Both the position numbers and the translations under genes were made by a program. A DNA stretch of 60,436 nt, filler included, from Diploschistes diacapsis (lineage: Eukaryota): the NCBI GenBank assembly GCA_023645945.1. It is 7 parts of 7 records of this genome, joined end to end, with 100 filler letters (N's around TTAATTAATTAA, not from the genome) between each part and the next. Parts side by side here need not be neighbours in the genome. Positions count along the whole stretch, not along the records: positions 49,730 to 55,036 come from JALAIB010001571.1; positions 55,137 to 60,436 come from JALAIB010001572.1; 5 more parts are not named here. One strand, given 5' to 3'. The notes below the pieces were generated by a model. It was given only the letters and a program-made list of their open reading frames with translations, did not search any database and was not told where the DNA came from. Positions 49,730 through 60,436 of the stretch are shown piece after piece. Position 1 is the first letter of the stretch. Each line of letters starts with the position of its first letter.

Positions 49730-50489
49730 ATATTTATTCTTTATAAATACGTACGGAGGTAACCTATAATCGTCCGCGTAGATAACTTAAACAATTAAAA
49801 CCTATTCTCGATTACCGGGTTGTTTCGTACGAGATCTATTTTTACGATTTGAAATAATTACGACCTTTATATAACTTAATATTCTATAAGAAAGCCGATT
49901 TCGTCGAAATTGTAAATATTTAAATCGAAGATATTATATTTAATAATTATATTACGTACGAGGTCGAATTAGTTTCTTACGATTTATAAATCTTTAATTA
50001 ATATTTTTTAATAATCGATTTTACGTTGAAATCGCATTTTTAACGTTTTTTATTTTCGTACGAAATTTTATACCTATCGTGATCCGATCGGCGGCGCATT
50101 TCGAGCTACGCGTATTAAATTAGCTATATCGCGTATATTATTTTATCGCGACGGAAAATTATATTCGATTAAATTAATTATACGATTAAAAATCGTTTCC
50201 TTTTTTAACAGAATTAAATTATTAAATTAATTAAAATATCGTATTTTAAAGTACGATCATCGCGTCGAACAATAAGCGTCGTACGAAGAATCTTATATAT
50301 CTAAAATACGCGTTTTATATTAAGATTTAGGTTTTATTTAATAGCCTAAAGTGCCATTATAATTCTATTTTTAATTAAAGATAATTCCATAATCGTACGC
50401 GTAGAAAATTAATACGAAAATTAAAAGTTTATAAAATCGAATAGGGAATATCCGTTCGCTATAAATGTCCGCTCGTTATACATATACGT
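49730..50489 (-). mobile_element. Heavily RIP-mutated Fot1/pogo DNA transposon (5' TIR plus probable transposase relic)
   Basis: Minus-strand terminus ACGTATATGTATAACGAGCGGACA next to TA (50490-50491); very AT/TpA rich with CpG retained; homologous to 48307-48553. Confidence 0.75.
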
Positions 50490-50788
50490 TATTAAATTTC
50501 GATATTATTTGATCTAATTTACTCCGTTCCTAGAGTGCGGACATAAATCAGCAAAAAACACGAAACCTCAGTTAGACATCAGCCATTTATACTTCAAGTG
50601 CGCTCAGCGCCCTAATGCTAAGGCCCTTGACTTGCAATACGGATAGATGATTGAGAGAGGAGATCATGGAAACAACGGTATTCTTTCTTGGAGATAATCA
50701 CTTGTTGCTCAAGGCCTATAAAAGTTGTGAGAAATGGTCTGGGAATGTATGCGAAGTATAAGGCATCGTGACATTAGTATTCTGTATT

Positions 50789-53700
50789 TCATCTATTACT
50801 TGGATAAAGGACGGCTATCACCTCATCCAACAGACGAAAGATAAGGTGGGAATTTAATCGCGGATTATTCAGAGTAGCAAATAACCTTCGGCCAGCTGCC
50901 TGAGCATTAGCTCTTCCAACCACACTGCCTGCAACTTCAGGGACAAGGGTAGCCAATACGACACTGGCTTCTCGACGACTGGCACGCTTCTCTGCTTCTG
51001 TTCGCCGCTCCCATTCTCGCTGTTGGACACCTCCATGCCATATACTACCCTTCACCAGTGCAATATAATTTAATAGGCTGTTTTCACTGACCAAGGATTT
51101 GACTGTTTCTCGAACCTTCCGCTCTATTGTCCCACCAAGGAGCTGATGAAGGACCACAACCACAGCGCGGCCCCTGAGCCAGTTTTCCGAGCGATTCAGT
51201 TCGAATAGCTCTAGGAACAAATCGCACATTGGTTTCACAATAGGTTCCCAAGTCTGATTGTCGAAAGCCTCCAGCTCCGTTCGGGCTGCTTGAACGTCAG
51301 TGTGCATTTGTGCGCCGCGAGTAGCATCAGAGGGTTGAGTGGGGCTGTAATGTTGACTTGTCGCTGCGGATGTAAGATTCTGGCCAGCAATAGAGAGCTG
51401 ATCCAAAATACGAATGGTTTCGAAAACTTCACCCATTCCGTGAGCAACCGAACCACATATCCGGGAAACAATATCAGTTCCCTCCTCAACCCCCTTCATA
51501 TCATCCTTGGACAAAATCCGTCGTTCGGACAGAAAGGCACGTAAATCTCGTGATTGACAAACTGTAGGAAGGCGGAGTAGCTCACGAAGATATCGTTCTA
51601 AGGAAACGCGGCGGCGGTGGAGGAACTCATTCTGAAGCTTCATTACCAAATGTCTTCGTGGGAAGTCTAAATTGCGGACTGCCGGATATATCTGCCGAAG
51701 ACACTGATGAAGTCGATGAAATTCGCTATAGCGACGAGCCACCGCCCATGATGCCGCAGGCATGTGATCACCTCCTTGCCGGCCAACCTCAACCACGTAA
51801 AGGGCAAATTCCTGGCCATCCCCATCCCTACCGACCACGATTGACTTCATGTCGATAAAAGCACGCCCGAAAAGACTGTTATCACGTTCTTGGACAATAT
51901 ATTGTTGTCTCTGCAGCTCTTTACGTCGCATCTCTCTCTGCAAACTTGATTTTGACTTTCCGAGTATACGAAGCTCAGGGACGTTGTTTGTGAGCTCCGC
52001 CTTGCGAGCCAGGGTGTCAACAATTGATTCTTGACCTACGAGGGTGTCAATATCAATGGTCAATGCTGAGATAGCCTCAGCTAAGCCAAGATCACCGGGA
52101 GCTGCTTCGTGAATCTCTTCCTCGAGTTCTTGCCCTTGAGAACCTTCACCTGACTCAGCATGTTCATCCTCGAGAAACCTTTCTTGTCCAAACAAATCAT
52201 CGTCTCGAAAAAAGCCAATGCGAGATGAAGTATCGACGAGACCAAGAGAAGCCAGGTTTGGCTTCTGCCGCTTGTTCAGTAAAGCTAATTCGGGCTGTTC
52301 TACGACGCTCATGCCGGTGTCCAGAGCAATTTCGTTACTGGAGTCGTTCTCTGTGCACTCTAGATCATCGAACAGTTGTTCAGGTACCTCTTCATCACGG
52401 CGGTCATGGGTCATAATGGTGCTTAGAGCTGCTTCCATTGCTTCGACCATGTGCTTTTCATTCTCCACAGACTGCTCACCATTTGATGAGCCGGCATCGA
52501 AGCTAATCCTGGACTGTTCGAGGCCTCCAGACTCTACCTCGTCGTTGAACGATGATCTGGACATGGTCATATCGTGTGTACTGCGGGCTTGTAACGGCCG
52601 CTCCCGGTTAACAAGCAGTGTGGCACTCAGATCCGAGGATAGTGATGACTTAGCGGTAGATTTAGAATCCAATATACCGGAAGCATTTCTTGATAAAGGC
52701 GGAGATGATGGGTGAGACCTCACTTGAGCATCTGGTACCTGTAAAGGGGTGCTATACTGACTTTGCTGCGCCTCTGTTCCCGGAACAATCTCTAGCAACG
52801 CATCCTCAGATGTCAATAATTGATAAAAGAGGTCCGATTTTCGGAAGTTAGGCAAGTGGTTATCCTCAAGTTGTTCTTTAACCAATGTCTGCGCTCTAAG
52901 AATCGCGCTTCGTGCTTTGCAATACTGAGCTACTGTAGCATGACGACCAGACTCTAGAAAGTCTTGCACAACCTCGCGTACGGCAAAAGGAAGCCTCAGT
53001 TCTGGTCGCCCAAGATATGCCTCTGAAATCTGTGCAATATCAAGGCGATCCGAGTTACCCCATCGCTTAGGCATGTCAACAATGCCCAACTCGTCGCATG
53101 TGTCCTCTTCTAAAGGATTACGAAAGCCATCCACAACTAGCCAGAACTGAACGAGGCTCATGAGATGCAACCGGTCCATATATTCCATAAAATACGACAG
53201 ACCCGAAGCATCGCGAAGAATGTTGTTTATGCTGGCATTTGCTAGCTTAGACGCGGTCTGAGCATTGCTATCTACCTTGACTGGCTGTTTTCTGGCTGAT
53301 CCTTTTATCGCACTGAGCTTGCCGATGTGCTGGTCAAGTATTTGCTTTCCGGTTTCTAACCGCCGAAGATAGCTGTGATCATGACCCTCAAAAATCGATT
53401 CGCGTTTCAGTTGACTTGAAATTTCATTTCTAAGTCTCCTTGCTTCTGAAATATTGTCAATTTGCCGGATGGCGCGGATGAATCTCTCAAAAGTCCGATT
53501 ATCGTCACGTGGGCTTAGCTTAGGGAATGATCTTGTCTTGGGTGATCTTGGAGCAGGTGAGGCGTGGGTGTCGAGGGCAGCTCTCAACTTTTGGACTGTC
53601 TTTCTATCTTGCAACATTGTCTTGCCGAATGCTTCGAGAATACGATTCCAAGTATCAGGATCAGACAACTGTTGCAGCAGTGGGCTCAATGCGGCATGGG

Positions 53701-54484
53701 ATACAAGTTCTCTTATAAGAACCGTTATGGCTTTGCTATGAGTGATGTCTTCGGAAACGAGTTCAGGAAGTATGCGAGCAACAATCTTTTGCAAATATTC
53801 AGCTTGCATCCGAGTGGTATCGGAAAATGCCATGGAGACAGCTGGATGTAGGTTACCCTCACGATATTTTGCGGCAATCGCAAGATCCAATTCTTCGGAT
53901 TCTGTAATCTGTCTCTTCAGATCCTTCCCTCTTACGATACGTTCCGCTTCGTAGAAATCTCTCAAGTGGGTGGTTACGATGGGCGCAAATCGGAGTACTG
54001 CAATCTCGACAGTTTCCAGTCCTTCTAGCCTGCTGGAAATCTTAATGATGATTTTCCTAATAGCATTGTCCAACTCATTCACGAACTTCAGCGAGGAGCT
54101 GATATTGCCATACCAAGAAGCAACGAAATCCCTCAATAATAAGTCAAGCAATTCATCGAAACTTTCCGCAACGGCCAAGGAGGCAGACGCGAGAACAACC
54201 TTCCGACTATATCGTGCGCCGTCACCAAGCCATTGGGTATCTTTTGCCCACAAAGTCGGCTTGACGAAAGCTGGTGCCTCCAACTTTCTCTGTGACGCAT
54301 GACTGGACCACAACGGACGAGCGCTGAGGAATAAGGAGGCGCCGATCGCTAAACTTGCAAGTAAGCTACCGGTAATAATGCCGTAGCCAAGAAAATATAG
54401 AGCAGGTATCCAACGCAAAACAAAACTCCAGGAGAGAAAGGCAACAATTGTTGTAATTGCTATTTCTTGAGGTCTCAGAGACAT
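50789..54484 (-). CDS. MDM1: PXA-RGS-PX-nexin C sorting nexin (Mdm1/SNX13/14/25 family), intronless, 1231 aa
   Basis: N-terminal TM helices, PXA LRDFVASWY, RGS ILRDASGLSYFMEYMDR..LVQFW, PX W.VARRYSEF..LH..L, C-terminal NWLRGRAVVVVLHQLLGGTIERK. Confidence 0.9.
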   Translation of the reverse strand: MSLRPQEIAITTIVAFLSWSFVLRWIPALYFLGYGIITGSLLASLAIGASLFLSARPLWSSHASQRKLEAPAFVKPTLWAKDTQWLGDGARYSRKVVLASASLAVAESFDELLDLLLRDFVASWYGNISSSLKFVNELDNAIRKIIIKISSRLEGLETVEIAVLRFAPIVTTHLRDFYEAERIVRGKDLKRQITESEELDLAIAAKYREGNLHPAVSMAFSDTTRMQAEYLQKIVARILPELVSEDITHSKAITVLIRELVSHAALSPLLQQLSDPDTWNRILEAFGKTMLQDRKTVQKLRAALDTHASPAPRSPKTRSFPKLSPRDDNRTFERFIRAIRQIDNISEARRLRNEISSQLKRESIFEGHDHSYLRRLETGKQILDQHIGKLSAIKGSARKQPVKVDSNAQTASKLANASINNILRDASGLSYFMEYMDRLHLMSLVQFWLVVDGFRNPLEEDTCDELGIVDMPKRWGNSDRLDIAQISEAYLGRPELRLPFAVREVVQDFLESGRHATVAQYCKARSAILRAQTLVKEQLEDNHLPNFRKSDLFYQLLTSEDALLEIVPGTEAQQSQYSTPLQVPDAQVRSHPSSPPLSRNASGILDSKSTAKSSLSSDLSATLLVNRERPLQARSTHDMTMSRSSFNDEVESGGLEQSRISFDAGSSNGEQSVENEKHMVEAMEAALSTIMTHDRRDEEVPEQLFDDLECTENDSSNEIALDTGMSVVEQPELALLNKRQKPNLASLGLVDTSSRIGFFRDDDLFGQERFLEDEHAESGEGSQGQELEEEIHEAAPGDLGLAEAISALTIDIDTLVGQESIVDTLARKAELTNNVPELRILGKSKSSLQREMRRKELQRQQYIVQERDNSLFGRAFIDMKSIVVGRDGDGQEFALYVVEVGRQGGDHMPAASWAVARRYSEFHRLHQCLRQIYPAVRNLDFPRRHLVMKLQNEFLHRRRVSLERYLRELLRLPTVCQSRDLRAFLSERRILSKDDMKGVEEGTDIVSRICGSVAHGMGEVFETIRILDQLSIAGQNLTSAATSQHYSPTQPSDATRGAQMHTDVQAARTELEAFDNQTWEPIVKPMCDLFLELFELNRSENWLRGRAVVVVLHQLLGGTIERKVRETVKSLVSENSLLNYIALVKGSIWHGGVQQREWERRTEAEKRASRREASVVLATLVPEVAGSVVGRANAQAAGRRLFATLNNPRLNSHLIFRLLDEVIAVLYPSNR

Positions 54485-54591
54485 GCTCTTGGAGAACCTG
54501 CAGTCCTTTGAGGTGGCATGGTGATGCGCCGGCGTGGAACCCTGCTTGAATTGCTACCAATGTGTGTAATATCAATTGTCTCAAGAATCTA

Positions 54592-55036
54592 ACGTCGTGA
54601 CCCTAGTACCCGAACAGACCCTAGTACCCGAACACGTGATACAATAGCAAAACTATAATAGTAAATATTTAAAGTGAAATATCTCCAAAAATGATTAATT
54701 TGAAACCCTATAGATCGAATAGTAGCTATATTTAACCCTATAGACTCATTTAATTATGTCTAATCGCTAGCGTCGACGACGTTAACGCCAAAAAGCTTTC
54801 CTAAGATAACCAACTTTCCTTTCGAGACTATTTTTTTACTCTTATATATTTTAACAATTTAAAAGCTTATTGCCCTTTTTTTCCTAACCTACAGTACTAT
54901 ACCAAAAGTAATGGACCCTCCCCCAAATTACACCAATATGCGTCTATTTCATAGAGCTATTATACCACCCATAAGCCTTTTAAAAATCTAAAAAAAATAT
55001 TCAAGCTTTTTATAATAAGATGAATATATATTCTGC
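54592..55036 (+). mobile_element. Fot1-like element left end, RIP-mutated
   Basis: TA then ACGT terminus containing a tandem direct repeat (GACCCTAGTACCCGAACA x2), followed by AT-rich sequence to the contig end. Confidence 0.65.
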
Positions 55037-55136
55037 NNNNNNNNNNNNNNNNNNNNNNNNNNNNNNNNNNNNNNNNNNNNTTAATTAATTAANNNNNNNN
55101 NNNNNNNNNNNNNNNNNNNNNNNNNNNNNNNNNNNN
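55037..55136. other. Artificial contig linker
   Basis: N44-TTAATTAATTAA-N44. Confidence 0.99.
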
Positions 55137-56004
55137 CCCTTTTGCGTTCATCGTCCCCCCTCAACCTCCCACTTCCTTCTACCTACTCTCCCTTTCTCGT
55201 CCCTATCGCTCTCGGTTCGAAATTTCCGCCATCCTACTCCTCAACGCAAAAAACACCAACGGCGCCAGAAACATGAATATAAACGTCGGCAGGAGATGCG
55301 TGAGAAGGGCTGTGGGACGTGGCATCATGGGGGCGCGGTGGAAGGTTTGCGTTGGGTTTGGAGGAACAGGAGCAAGATGGTGTGAGGGGTGATGGGATGG
55401 GGGCGTTGTGGTGGTGTGGAGGGCTTCTGTGGGTAGAATTTGGTGGGGAAAGATTGGGCAGATCTCGGAATGGGTTGGAAAGAGGTCCGGTGGGAGGCAG
55501 GCGGATAACGAGATACTGGAGGGAAACGCGGCTGTGTGTCGAGTTAGGGATGCAGGTAACGGAGGTTGTGGAGGTGGAGGTAATGTCTAGGTTGGGGGAG
55601 TGCTCTGGTGTTTGGTAGGCGGTTCAGGGCGAGTTTTGTGGAGAGAATAGTAAACTAGCTGCTAAGTCAGGCGTCAGGTTCTGAGAGTAAGTGGAGAGGT
55701 GGGAGATTTGTGTGTGTTGGGTTGGTCGGTGGTAGCAAGCAAGGGATGAGTGAATTTAGGACCTTCTTTCAGTCCCCTGAAGTCAGGTTGGATCCAAATT
55801 GGCTTGTAGTAACAACACTAGGCCAATTGTAGGAATATGCCTGGACTACTTTTCCAAGAGTCAGTGCATCAAGCTCAACTGCTCTCAAGTAGTAATATAT
55901 CAGGTTCATACTCCACCGCCCAAGGAGTGCCATAGAAACTCCCGCTTCTATGCGAAAAATATCCACAAGCATCAAGCAGAACACCCTTAACGCTTCAATA
56001 CTTC

Positions 56005-57095
56005 CTACCAAGCACAATGTCCACCATCAATTCTCAGATCCGCACCCGTCATGAATCTGCTCGCTTCACTGATCAGGAACACGGCGGCGCCCCGAAAGTC
56101 TTCCGGCCTGCTCAGCTTGCCAAGCATGTTTTGTTTCGGCCACTCCTCCCTACGCTCCGGGAACTTCTTGAAGAGCTCTTCGACCATGGCCGTTACGATG
56201 TAGCCCGGCGAGATGGTGTTGACGCGGATGCCGTGCTCGCCCCATTCCGAAGCGAGGTTCCGTGCCAGCTGGATGAGGCCGGCCTTTGAGGCGTTGTAGG
56301 CGGGGCAGAGAAGACCCTAATGTACATATTCAGTACGTTGACATTACGGGAGCGAAACGAAAATGGCGTAGATACTCTGTTCGCCACAGTCCCACTCATA
56401 CTAGCAATCATCACAATACTACCCCCTTTTCCGAACCTGATCATCTGCCTGGCCACCATCTTACTCGTCATCATCACACCCGTGATATTAATTTCAAACA
56501 TCATATTCGCATCTTTCGCACTATAGTCCAAAGCAGGCGTCTCCTGCTGTATCCCGGCCGCTGCAATGAGGCCATCCATGCGCCCATGCTCGTCCCCAAT
56601 CTTGCTCACCACCTGCCCCAGCATCTCCTCGTCCCGCACGTCAATCTGGCGGTACAGAAGCGTGGTGCCCAGTTCCTCCGCCGCGCGTTTTTGTATGCGG
56701 TAAAAGTCAGGCGATGGCTCGGGGAGGCGGTCCAGGGCGTAAACGGTTGCGCCGGCTTCGAGAATGGCTTCGCACTGGGTCAGCCCCAGCCCTCTGGCAC
56801 CGCCGGAGACGAGGACCACTCTATCGAGGAGGTTGAACTCCGGCATTCGCTTGGTGGTGCCCAGGAAAGTGGATCCGCGGTCGCTCTTGAGGTTCGTCTC
56901 TTCTACTGGCGGAGCACTGGGAGCGTCGCGGCCTGGGCTGCGCGTCGCCTGACCCTTAGGCGGATCATGGAGGTTGTGGGACGCGAGCAACGGCCGGGCA
57001 AGGGAATAGGGGCGGGATTGCTGGGGAGACTGCAAAAAAGATACTCGAGAGAGCCGCGTACTCGTGCGGGTGGCGATTGAAAAGGGGAATGTCAT
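56005..57095 (-). CDS. Short-chain dehydrogenase (D-arabinitol 2-dehydrogenase/L-xylulose reductase-like) with a mitochondrial-presequence-like N-terminus; intron 56375-56317
   Basis: VSGGARGLG, IAAAGI, IASMSG..ANR|GLLCPAYNASK, RVNTISPGYI, FMTGADLRIDGGH. Confidence 0.92.
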
Positions 57096-59083
57096 TGTAA
57101 ATATGAGAAGCAGTGATCAAGCAAGACAACTAGAGACTTTGGCACGAAGGTATAGAGCCAGTCACATTGTAGAGAACGGCTCTGACGCAGAAACATGCAA
57201 CAAAGGAGCTTCATGGGCAACCAACCTTCGGAATCGTTGGGCGCACCAATTATGGTCTTGACCTTGATACAAAGCGGGGCAAGCGAAGCAGAGAGGGGGA
57301 AGAGTGAGGCACTGGAGCGGCCAAAGGATTTCTTGCAGACCATTGCGGTAAGTGATATCGGAACATGAAGATGGGAGATAGGGGCTGCAATAAATAGACC
57401 TATAGGCAAACTAACCTCTGATCGATGGAAGTTGATTGATTGCTGGCTGGAGGTCCGAAATGTCTTCACTTGCCGAATATGCCCAGGGTCACACCACGTG
57501 ACCAGTTCGCCTGTGCGAATGCCGATTTGAATAGGTCACTTTGTATAATGGTCAAATGCAGAGTCAACGCCGTACCTGAAACGTCTGAAAGCTACAAACG
57601 AGGGTTTTATCGTATAGCCAATATGCCATGGTAGTTCTACGAGCTCCTACCAACGGTCTATGTACGACGTGCAGTTCTAGGCTCGGAGCAAGGCAGGAAG
57701 AAAGGTTCATCCATGACATGTAGAGCTTTCGGTTACCTGTACAGGTTGATAGCAGCATCGTCCCACCAAGCTTCTTGTTCTTCACTCCAACTTGGTAAGC
57801 GTGGCCTTTAAAGTCATGTCCCTTGAACGTTCCCCAATTCTTAGGAGATCGGCCATTGCCCACGATAGCAAGATCCTGCGAGACATGATCCTCATCCTCC
57901 AGGACTATCTAGTATGTGTTTTGCCAGATCCATAGACCAGAATCATTGATCTTTACTAGATTTCCGCGAAAGTCCAGAACAGCGTCAGCCGACATTTGCA
58001 ACACATTGACAGAGAAGGGTACCAAATCTGACACTGGCACGGCTATTTTCCATCGAGAGCTGTCTGTTGTTCGAAATGTCAAAGGCTCATAAATAAACCC
58101 CCATAGAATACAGGATGCTGATGGGCCTGAGGCAGGCTCCACAACCGCAATGAACCAATTACAGTTGGTGAGGAATTCAGAGAGACGAATGACCCAAGAG
58201 TCAAGCGCGAAAACTGCCATTCTCGGTGTACAAAGCATGATAACGGAATGGAGATGCGGAATGACCAGAAGCAGAAATTCAAGGTCCAGAGGTCACTTGG
58301 ATCCGCGACGAAGCAGGACCTCAGGCCGACTTACAGCAAGCGTAACCTCCAAGGTTCATCATGGGAAAGGAGTAGATTATCAAAAACTTGCAGTGCAGAG
58401 TTTGCAAAGAGAAGAATCCTGACCTCGGAAACCCTAGACCAGGCTTCTCGAGGCTATTCACTCCGAAACTGGAGTTGGGTAGGGCTATGTCGTTCTCCTC
58501 GTAGGTCATTGTGGAAAGAAGGAGTTGCGAGATTTGAGATGACTGTTATAGCTGCCTATGCAAGCAAACGTGGAAGTGCGCCTGGAGTCCTTCCGCAAGC
58601 AAGCCGTATACAATATTTCCACCAATTGTTGAAGAGTGCTTTGCTCGCCTAAACAGCTAAATTATTCATTTAAACATGTTGAGCAAATATGGTTATCTCC
58701 CAATCCAGAAGATGAGGTGGGTACGTACTCGTTGTAGGTAAGTAGTAGAAGAGGGCCAGAAGAAGGGAAAATGTAAAATTTTGTGAATCGCCAAAGGCTC
58801 CGGCCTACAATCGCGGATACATCCCTTTCCCCAAGACAATCTACGAGAAGCTTTGTGCATTAAATGCCTCAAAAGCAAGAGCAGGATGCGAGATCTTTTT
58901 AGTGGCTTTAAATATTGTGGCTGAGGTTTATCTCGTCGAAACAGTCCTTGTCAACGGCGAGCGGACCGATCATGCCATAAAAAGCGCCCGACACCCTCTT
59001 CCGGATCTCGTGACTTCGAGATTAGGATATCCCAGACTCTCTGATTCGCCAATAGCAGCTCAACTTTTGTCAAGCTTATAGTA

Positions 59084-59809
59084 ATGTCGTCTACTGCGTT
59101 CAAGCAGGGCCGGTTCCTTTATCCGAAAAACCCTAGTAGGCAGATACCAGATCGAAGTGTGGAACACCACGAGAGCCATAGCAAAGCTAGACGGGAAGCA
59201 AATCTGTATGATGCAGTGGCTGGCATGCAACACATCCAAACCCATGTTTACGGCTAACCATGATCAACAGGACGGGTCTCTTATAAAGGATTTCTGCAGA
59301 AAGCACAATCCAATCCGATTGTTCCTGACGGCAAAGCTCTAGCTGGAGGCACAGCTGTAGCTCCAGAGGAAGTGCTCTTTCGTAGAAAGAATGCACCGTC
59401 TCGGAACGTCGAAGATGATTTCTACTGGGCAGATAAGCACCTCGGTCCGAACGAAAAGCTCCCTGATTCGGAGCTTCTCAAAGCCGTTCATACCTTTGCG
59501 GCTGACTACTATAGTCGCACGGCGCAAGACGGTGGACGGAGTGATTCGAGAACAATGGATGGTACAGCTTTGCTAGCTCTTGGTATTCTATTGGAAGAAG
59601 CTGTGACCCAAGTGCTCGGTAAGAAAGGCGATATGGTCTTTGTGGAGGGTGAACCAACCGAAGCGGTTTCAGAGGAGGACCAACAGACTCTACCTTCACG
59701 GTCAGGTTCAAGGCCGTCTACCCGCAGCTCCAAAGTCGCATCACAATTTCCATCGACCAGGATCAGGAGTCGGAAGCGACCAAGGCGTGATCACGGCACC
59801 TCTGAATGA
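59084..59809 (+). CDS. RNA polymerase I UAF subunit Rrn10-like protein; GC-AG intron 59223-59270
   Basis: LYDAVAG|RV, APEEVLFRRKNAP, LPDSELLKAVH.FAADYY, MDGTALLALGILLEE. Confidence 0.72.
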
Positions 59810-60436
59810 AGCAAACGTTCTGATTCCTGGACTCGGCTAGAGCATATCGCTGGAGTTCTCCTCGGCTAAATCCAAGCCTTCAGACCAATGGCCAAGTCAA
59901 CCTTACCTATGCTTCTATGACTATGCAGCTCTCCAATGGTATGGCTGAGGCTGAGCACAAGGTTCTCTCTGGATAAATGCGACTGCAGTATGATCCGCCG
60001 GGCTACCAGATAATACCAGTGGCGTTGATATCTTTCGGTAGAGTGTTGTAATCAAAGTACAAATCTTTACTACAACGTTTTCCAGAGATATTGTGTGCTC
60101 GTGACTCTCGCTTACCGACCTCTTTTGGGAAATGTCTATGGAACTGAAAGCCTGACATTTGGATACCTACGGTAGTTTTTTAAGCTTGTTATCCAATCCC
60201 TTCGCTGTTACCCCACCGGCCTCTCTGGGCTCAGCAACAGCCTTTTCCATTTCAGTCCCGTCGACGATCTATATTTACTCTTCAAATTCATACCTCGACC
60301 ACCAGAAATGGTACGCCCTCAACTCCACCTACCATTCAATTCCGCGTCTCCCCTCCCTTCCCTTTCATCCAACCACCTCCAAACCTCTACCCGCCTCCAA
60401 TCCCAACCCCATTACCTAACCACCAGACACCATCAC

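Noticed and set aside
56286..57080. 264-aa plus-strand ORF
   Set aside because: Antisense shadow of the GC-rich SDR gene.
57560..58900. Gene between the SDR and the Rrn10-like gene
   Set aside because: Only short ORFs and one plausible intron; no coherent model or motif.

Overview
Filamentous ascomycete (Pezizomycotina) genomic DNA. The window is not one locus: it is seven contigs joined by 100-nt artificial linkers (N44-TTAATTAATTAA-N44), so adjacency across linkers means nothing. Contig A (1-5332): ARS2/SERRATE gene and a Fot1/pogo-type MITE. B (5433-10757): leu1 with a Leu3/LeuB-type site, and a secreted SurE-family phosphatase with a 7-nt micro-exon. C (10858-16170): heavily RIP-mutated host-type genes (P450, SDR). 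D (16271-44221): an intact DUF7924-type gene, then a ~14 kb decayed secondary-metabolite-like array (O-methyltransferase, MFS, aldo-keto reductase, LINE ORF1 relic, oxidosqualene cyclase with a His-to-Gln active-site change, P450, ABCG), then a Pth11-like receptor, a Pth11-FucP permease fusion and a truncated FAD oxidase. E (44322-49629): MITE, a tRNA-headed SINE-like repeat, a SET-domain protein with a signal-peptide-like N-terminus, and nested RIP-mutated transposons. F (49730-55036): an Mdm1/SNX13-type sorting nexin between two Fot1-like relics. G (55137-60436): an SDR and an Rrn10-like gene with a GC-AG intron. Best leads: the fossil triterpene cluster, the receptor-permease fusion, the possibly secreted SET protein and the SINE-like family. 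All family calls come from motif recognition by eye; no searches were run, and pseudogene boundaries are approximate.
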